32,514 nucleotides of DNA from Caldilineae bacterium (GTDB lineage Bacteria > Chloroflexota > Anaerolineae > DTLA01), in assembly GCA_037446815.1 (NCBI GenBank), contig JBBIHX010000019.1:1-32514 (forward strand), in the 5' to 3' direction. The notes beneath the pieces are model-generated. The model was not told the origin of the DNA. It did not search any database and saw only the letters and a program-made list of their open reading frames with translations. The translations under genes were made by a program, and so were the position numbers. The first letter of the stretch is position 1. Every line of letters starts with the position of its first letter. Of the stretch, positions 27,281-32,514 are shown one piece after another.

Positions 27281-28036
27281 CTACGAACTTTCTCGGAATA
27301 GCGCCCGGCCGATGCGCACCAGGGTGGCGCCCTCTTCCACGGCGATCTCAAAGTCGTCGGACATGCCCATGGACAAGTGCGCCCACCGCGCCTGGGGCAC
27401 GCGCTCCGCCAAGAACTCCTGCCAGCACCGCAGGGTCTGGAAGCAGCGCCGCACGTGCGATTCGGGCGCGGCCAGCGGCCCCAGGGTCATCAGGCCCTCG
27501 GCCCGCAGGTGCGCCGCCCCAGCCAACGCCTCGGCCACGGCCAGCACCGCCGCGGCTTGGTCGGCGTCGGACGGCCCCCCATCGCCCGCGATGCCGTACT
27601 TGCTCGCCTCGCCCGACGTGTTGATTTCCAGAAGGCAGGGGATTGTCCGCCCCACGGCTGCGGCCCGCTTGTCCAATTCCGCCACGAGTTTGGCGCTGTC
27701 CACCGAGTGCACAACATCAAACAGGCGGACGACATCCCTGGCCTTGCGGCTCTGCACGTGGCCCACCATGTGCCAGGTAGGCCCCGCCTGGCCCGCCCCG
27801 ATGAGCGCGTTGGCGGCAGGAATCTTGCCCTCGGCCTCCTCCACGCGGTTCTCGCCGAAGTGGCGCAGGCCCAGCGCCCACGCCGCGGCAACGATTTCGG
27901 CGGGCACGGTCTTGGTAACGGCAACGAGGGTGATGGCGTCGGGATTCCGCCCCGCCCGCGCCGCCGCCTGGGCGATGCGCTCCGTAACGATGCGGATGTT
28001 GCGCTCCAGAGGCGAGTCTGTCGCCGCGCCGCTCAT
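27281..28036 (-). CDS. yggS: YggS family PLP homeostasis protein
   Basis: LVAVTKT, FGENRVEE, WHMVGHVQSRK, LSMGMSDDFEIAVEEGATLVRIG. Confidence 0.95.
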   Translation of the reverse strand: MSGAATDSPLERNIRIVTERIAQAAARAGRNPDAITLVAVTKTVPAEIVAAAWALGLRHFGENRVEEAEGKIPAANALIGAGQAGPTWHMVGHVQSRKARDVVRLFDVVHSVDSAKLVAELDKRAAAVGRTIPCLLEINTSGEASKYGIAGDGGPSDADQAAAVLAVAEALAGAAHLRAEGLMTLGPLAAPESHVRRCFQTLRCWQEFLAERVPQARWAHLSMGMSDDFEIAVEEGATLVRIGRALFRESS

Positions 28037-28053
28037 GAGCCGTCCCCCCAAGG

Positions 28054-28830
28054 TTATCGCAAGCGCACAAGGGCCGCGAACCGCCCCGTGCGGCCACCGT
28101 CCCCGCGATGGGAGAAGAACTCGTCCCTACGGCAGGCGGTGCAGATATGGGCGACTTCCACATGGGCCACGCCCGCATCCAACAGTTGCCGTCGGTTCAT
28201 CTCCCACAAGTCCGCGTGCAGCGCGCCGTCGCGCCGCGCGATGTAATCCGCCGCCTCGGGCCACTGGGCGGTCATCGCCTGCACAAAATCCCCGCCCACG
28301 CGGTAGCAGCACGGCCCGATGGACGGGCCGATGCAGGCGAGAATGTCGCCTGGGCGCGAGCCGTACTCCTGCGCCATGCGCGCCACGCCGACGGCGGCGA
28401 TACGCGTGGCAGTCCCCCGCCAACCGGCGTGCACCAGCGCCGCCACATGCCGCACGGGGTCGTACAGGACGATGGGCACGCAGTCCGCAAAGCGCAGGAA
28501 CAGCGCAACCCCCTCGGCAGACATCAGCCCGTCGGTGGCGGGAAGGACCTGCCCTCCGTGGCGCGCGCCGACGGACGCGACGGCGGCGCTATGCACCTGA
28601 TAGCACGTAACCACCTCGTCGGGCGACACGCCCATCTCCGCGAAGACGATGCGCCGATTCTCCAGCACCGCCGCGGGGTCGTCGCCCACGGTGGCCCCCA
28701 CGTTCAGCGACGCGTAGGGCGGCTTGCTGACGCCTCCCAGCCTCCCGAAGATGGCATGGTCAATCCCGCGCTGGCCCGCGAGGGTCTCAAACTGATAGTA
28801 GAGCAGCCCATTCTTGCGGACAGGTATCAT
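28054..28830 (-). CDS. pgeF: PgeF/YfiH family protein
   Basis: GGVSKPPYASLN, QVHS, ADCVPI, HAGWRG, IGPSIGPCCY, CTAC...FFSHR. Confidence 0.95.
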   Translation of the reverse strand: MIPVRKNGLLYYQFETLAGQRGIDHAIFGRLGGVSKPPYASLNVGATVGDDPAAVLENRRIVFAEMGVSPDEVVTCYQVHSAAVASVGARHGGQVLPATDGLMSAEGVALFLRFADCVPIVLYDPVRHVAALVHAGWRGTATRIAAVGVARMAQEYGSRPGDILACIGPSIGPCCYRVGGDFVQAMTAQWPEAADYIARRDGALHADLWEMNRRQLLDAGVAHVEVAHICTACRRDEFFSHRGDGGRTGRFAALVRLR

Positions 28831-28874
28831 GGCGCGCCTGCGATTCGGATTGGCCGATGCCGGCCTTGCGCGTT

Positions 28875-28903
28875 AGTGTATCACAATGCGGGGGTACGGG
28901 CAA
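28875..28903 (-). promoter_or_regulatory. Putative sigma70 promoter for the pgeF operon
   Basis: TTGCCC, 17 bp, TACACT with an extended -10 TG. Confidence 0.55.
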
Positions 28904-28920
28904 GATTTGCAGAGGGCAAC

Positions 28921-29431
28921 GCCGAAGAATCTCCCGCCCTCACCCCAGCCCTCTCCCAGTGGGCGAGGGAGCGTGGCCCCTCACCCCAACCCTCTCCCAG
29001 TGGGCGAGGGAGCGTGGCCCCTCACCCCAACCCTCTCCCGAAGGGCGAGGGCGTATCGCCTTCGGCTCAGCATGACAGATGGGGCACAACGTGCGACGCA
29101 CCTCGGAGGTGCGTCGCACGTGAAACCCAGCCCTGTCCCAGCGGGCGAGGGAGCGTCGCCCCCACCCCGGCCCTCTCCCGAAGGGCGAGGGCGCCGGGGA
29201 CTGTCATTCCGAGCGGCGAAGCCGCGAGGAATCTCCCGCCCTCACCCCAGCCCTCTCCCGAAGGGCGAGGGCGTATCGCCTTCGGCTCAGCATGACAGAT
29301 GGGGCACAACGTGCGACGCACCTCGGAGGTGCGTCGCACGTGAAACCCAGCCCTGTCCCAGCGGGCGAGGGAGCGCCGCCCTCACCCCAGCCCTCTCCCA
29401 GTGGGCGAGGGAGCGTGGCCCCTCACCCCAG
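28921..29431. repeat. Mosaic REP cluster (three palindrome types) with an internal duplication at 220-bp offset
   Basis: About nine CCCTCACCCCAGCCCTCTCCC-N3/4-GGGCGAGGG units, two ACGTGCGACGCACCT-CGG-AGGTGCGTCGCACGT hairpins, and TGTCATTCCGAGC...GCTCAGCATGACA arms. Confidence 0.9.
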
Positions 29432-29443
29432 CACGCGGGCGCG

Positions 29444-32347
29444 CTATCGCACCACCACGCCGCCCACCCGCAGGTGCTGGCCCTGGCCCAGGCGGGCCAG
29501 TTCGGCATCCAGCACCGGCAGCGGATCCAGGGTGAAGGCGTCGTATACCGTGAGGTAGAACGTAGCGTTTCCCGCCGCGCCCGCCGGAACCGCTAGCGTG
29601 TGCGGGTCGTCCACCGCCACGCCGCGCGTCCACTTCAACGTGGGGATGGCGCCCAGCGCCGGCGTCGTGTCGTGCTGCACGCCCCACGAGCCATCGTCGG
29701 CGGCGAGGGCCACGGAGACCGAATAGTCGTTCACCAGCGGCTTCAGGGCCACGAACTTCGCCACCACGCGCACCGAGCCTCCCGCGTCCACCTCGCTCGG
29801 CAGGGCCTCGGTGCCCGCGAAAATCATCTCGCCGCCCAGGTTCACGTAGCGCGCGCCGCTGCGGAAATGGGGCAGCATGACCGCATCTCCCCAGGCGCGG
29901 CCCCACGGGCCCAGCGGCTGCACCAGGCCGCCCGCCACGTCGTGCAGGCGGATGGACAGCCACCCCTCGCCGAAGGGAACCGTCGTGCCGGACGTAAAAT
30001 AGGCCGGCGCGGGAGGCACGCGGACGACACCTTGGGCCACAACTTCGCCCGCGCGCAGGAACTGCACCGCGTAGTCCCCCGCGGGCAGGCCTTCGTTTCG
30101 CCAGTGCAGATACAACGCGCCCGAACCCGCTGCGTCCCAATCCACGCCCAGCAGCGTCAGCCCCCCCGCAAAGCGCTGCACCAGCGCGTGGAGCGTTACC
30201 GGACGCTCGGTTGCGGGCCGAACCTGCACGTCTGCAATCCGCACGGCGTCCTGCCCGTCCGGCGTCCGCAGTCGCTGCCAACCGTCGGGCAGCGTGATGT
30301 ACACGCCGCCGATGACGTGGTACGGGCCTGGCGCTGCCGTGGGCAGGATGGACAGCCGATGCTCGTCCACCACCACCTCGCCCGCCTGGTACGCCCTGCC
30401 GTCCCGCGTCAGGTCGCTCTGGCCCAGCACCTGCCCGGCGGCATCCACCAGGTGCACGAAGAACGAGTAGTCGCGGTTCAGCGCAACCACGGGTTGCCAG
30501 TACACCCACAGGCGCAGTTCCTTGCCTGGGGCGGTCTCGCCCTCGCTGATTCGGTAGCCGATGAGGCGTATCTTGCCGTCAAAAACCGCGTCCACCGCGA
30601 CCACGCCCCGCGGTACGTCCGTCGTGGGGGCATCTAGCACCCGCCAGCCCCCCTCGGCGCGGACGAATCGGTAGGGCGTCGCCTTGTACGCCTCAAACCA
30701 GTTGGTAACGAGGACGGGGCCTCGCTTCAGCGCCTCGCCGATGCGCCGAATCCAGACTTCCTCGTTCGGCGTCGCCCCCTCGGGGTACACATACACCACT
30801 CGGACGTCGGGGCGTGCGCCGTCCACGTACTGCAGATACCAGAGCGGCGTCGCCCAGTGCCAGTTGGCGAGGATCGTCGCCTCGGCGGGCGCGGCGTCCA
30901 GCAGTGCCCGCGCGGTTGCCTCGGTGGAGTTGTCGCGATGCAGCGCGAGGAAACTGGAGGCGTTGGCGACCCACGGCGCGACGCACAGCGCCACTACCCC
31001 AGCGGCGACGAGCGCCCGGAGCACCGACCGGCGCGACGCCCACGCCATGGCCGCGGCCAGGCCGACGCCCAAGAGCATGGCCAGCGCCACGTAGGATGGC
31101 ATGAGGTACTCCACCGTCTGCGGCGCGCGGTAGGTGATCGCCGTCGCCGTGTTCACCAGGAACACGCCTCCGAGGAGCAGGCCGGCCTTGGGCCGCTTGA
31201 CCAGCGCTGCGATGCCCACCGGCACCAGCGCCAGGGCCAACGGCGCGCCGAACTCCATGCGCAGGATGTTGAGCCATACGCCAATGCGCCCGGGCAGCAG
31301 GTCGGCGCGGGCGAAGTAGAACATGTCACCCCGGAAGCCCGACGCCAGGATATGCTCCAGGAATCGGCCCACCGAGTCAATCGGCGTCGGGTCAAAGGGC
31401 GCGCCCGTCAGGCTCCGAATGGGCAGATACAGCAACACCAGCAGCGACGCCGCGAAGGCCCCCGCCGCCATCAGCAGGGCGCGGCCCCGCCTGAGCAACT
31501 GCGGATCGGCGACGAGGAGGTACGCCGCCAGAGGGATGAACAGCAGCCCCAGCGAGCCGTGATGCCCCACGGCCAAGCCCGCTGCCAACGCCAGCGCCGC
31601 CAGCCGCTTCTGAGTCGGTTGCGCGCCGTACTCCAGCGCCAGCAGGAGCATGAGGGCCGTGAAGAGGGCCATCAGCGCGCGGATGTTGGCAGTCGTCGCC
31701 TGGGCCCAGAAGGTGGTGATGCCGCCCAGGGCCAGCGCCGAGACAAGCCCGGCCACCGCCGAGCCGGTCAGCCGCCGCACCGCCCGGGTTACCAGGGCCA
31801 GCGTCAGCGCCGCGAACAGGGCCGACAGGAGATTCACCCGCCAGGCCACGGAGTTGATGGGCACTAGCGTCGCCAGTTTGCCCAGGAGCGTGTACAGGGG
31901 ATAGCCGGGCGGGTGCGCGATGCCCAACACCCGGGCGACGAACTGGAATTCGCCGCTGTCGGCGGGGAGGATGCCCGGCGCCAACGTAGCCGCGTACACG
32001 GCGAAGGCAGCGGCGGCGACGGCCCATTCCACGGGCCAAGCGGGCCGCGCCGGCAGGTTGCCCAGCACGAGCGCAGCCAGGGCGACCCCGGCCACCCACC
32101 CGGCCATGCTCGGCGAGACGACGGGCCACGCGGCGTAGGCCAGCAGCAGGAGCAGGGGCCACGTGCGGAGCCGCGCCCGCGACAGCGCCCACCCCAGCGC
32201 CGCGCCTGCGCCACATGCCCCGCCGACGATGAGCAACAGGCGCAACGCGGACAAGGGGGCCATCTGGGATTCGGCCCAGACCCGCCCCGCATAAAGCCCC
32301 AACGCGATGCCTGCCAGGATGTGGGATGCCGCTCGCAGCCTTGCCAA
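29444..32347 (-). CDS. DUF2723 (TMEM260-like) GT-C glycosyltransferase with C-terminal Ig-like repeats
   Basis: TLAPGILPADSGEFQ, GIAHPPGYPLYTLLG, AWRVNLLSA, YLPIRS; TTG start after GGAGGG. Confidence 0.88.
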   Translation of the reverse strand: MARLRAASHILAGIALGLYAGRVWAESQMAPLSALRLLLIVGGACGAGAALGWALSRARLRTWPLLLLLAYAAWPVVSPSMAGWVAGVALAALVLGNLPARPAWPVEWAVAAAAFAVYAATLAPGILPADSGEFQFVARVLGIAHPPGYPLYTLLGKLATLVPINSVAWRVNLLSALFAALTLALVTRAVRRLTGSAVAGLVSALALGGITTFWAQATTANIRALMALFTALMLLLALEYGAQPTQKRLAALALAAGLAVGHHGSLGLLFIPLAAYLLVADPQLLRRGRALLMAAGAFAASLLVLLYLPIRSLTGAPFDPTPIDSVGRFLEHILASGFRGDMFYFARADLLPGRIGVWLNILRMEFGAPLALALVPVGIAALVKRPKAGLLLGGVFLVNTATAITYRAPQTVEYLMPSYVALAMLLGVGLAAAMAWASRRSVLRALVAAGVVALCVAPWVANASSFLALHRDNSTEATARALLDAAPAEATILANWHWATPLWYLQYVDGARPDVRVVYVYPEGATPNEEVWIRRIGEALKRGPVLVTNWFEAYKATPYRFVRAEGGWRVLDAPTTDVPRGVVAVDAVFDGKIRLIGYRISEGETAPGKELRLWVYWQPVVALNRDYSFFVHLVDAAGQVLGQSDLTRDGRAYQAGEVVVDEHRLSILPTAAPGPYHVIGGVYITLPDGWQRLRTPDGQDAVRIADVQVRPATERPVTLHALVQRFAGGLTLLGVDWDAAGSGALYLHWRNEGLPAGDYAVQFLRAGEVVAQGVVRVPPAPAYFTSGTTVPFGEGWLSIRLHDVAGGLVQPLGPWGRAWGDAVMLPHFRSGARYVNLGGEMIFAGTEALPSEVDAGGSVRVVAKFVALKPLVNDYSVSVALAADDGSWGVQHDTTPALGAIPTLKWTRGVAVDDPHTLAVPAGAAGNATFYLTVYDAFTLDPLPVLDAELARLGQGQHLRVGGVVVR

Positions 32348-32373
32348 TGCGCCCTCCGGTGACGGTGGCGCTC

Positions 32374-32402
32374 ATTCTATGCCGAGCGGGCGGGCGCGTC
32401 AA
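32374..32402 (-). promoter_or_regulatory. Putative sigma70 promoter for the DUF2723 gene
   Basis: TTGACG, 17 bp, TAGAAT. Confidence 0.7.
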
Positions 32403-32459
32403 ACCGCTCGGGCGGGGGATTCACCGCCTCTGCGGTGCAATCAACCTCACCGCGCGCCC

Positions 32460-32514
32460 GAGTCGGTTTCATCTTGTGTTGGTGAACCGTAGGCGCACTC
32501 TCCTCGTGTGTCAT
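32460..32514 (-). mobile_element. Partial MITE copy in inverted orientation (cut by the window end)
   Basis: Reverse complement atgacacacgaggagagtgcgcctacggttcaccaacacaagatgaaaccgactc is nearly identical to 20263-20317. Confidence 0.85.

Noticed and set aside
28921..29431. Possible CRISPR array
   Set aside because: No unique spacers, heterogeneous palindromic units and no cas genes; these are REP-type repeats.

Overview
High-GC bacterial chromosomal segment, probably Chloroflexota/Anaerolineae (inferred from gene content), with a 100-N scaffold gap at 6625-6724. The left arm (+) carries a GT-C/PMT-like glycosyltransferase with tandem Ig-like domains, an MFS transporter, a lipoprotein, two GT2 enzymes and a HEXXH metallopeptidase-like gene. 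The centre (-) is a Tad/Flp pilus locus with no secretin: flp (48 aa, missed by the ORF track), tadE, tadE, tadG, cpaB, cpaE, cpaF, tadB, tadC. It runs tightly coupled into DUF192, comF, xseA and xseB. A divergent 1537-aa S8 protease with a long leader follows, then on the - strand a DUF2723 GT-C, pgeF, yggS, yggT, yggU and a lipoprotein. Highlights: (1) a candidate Tad-pilus DNA uptake/processing operon whose XseA starts with a clamp-binding-like QLTLF motif; (2) a shared 16-bp operator directly upstream of the -35 boxes of the flp and tadE promoters; (3) a 150-bp MITE with terminal inverted repeats, an 8-bp target duplication and a REP hairpin as cargo, in three copies; (4) a mosaic REP cluster; (5) codon-level avoidance of TCGA, GTSAC and AGCT. 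All calls are by eye, with no database searches.
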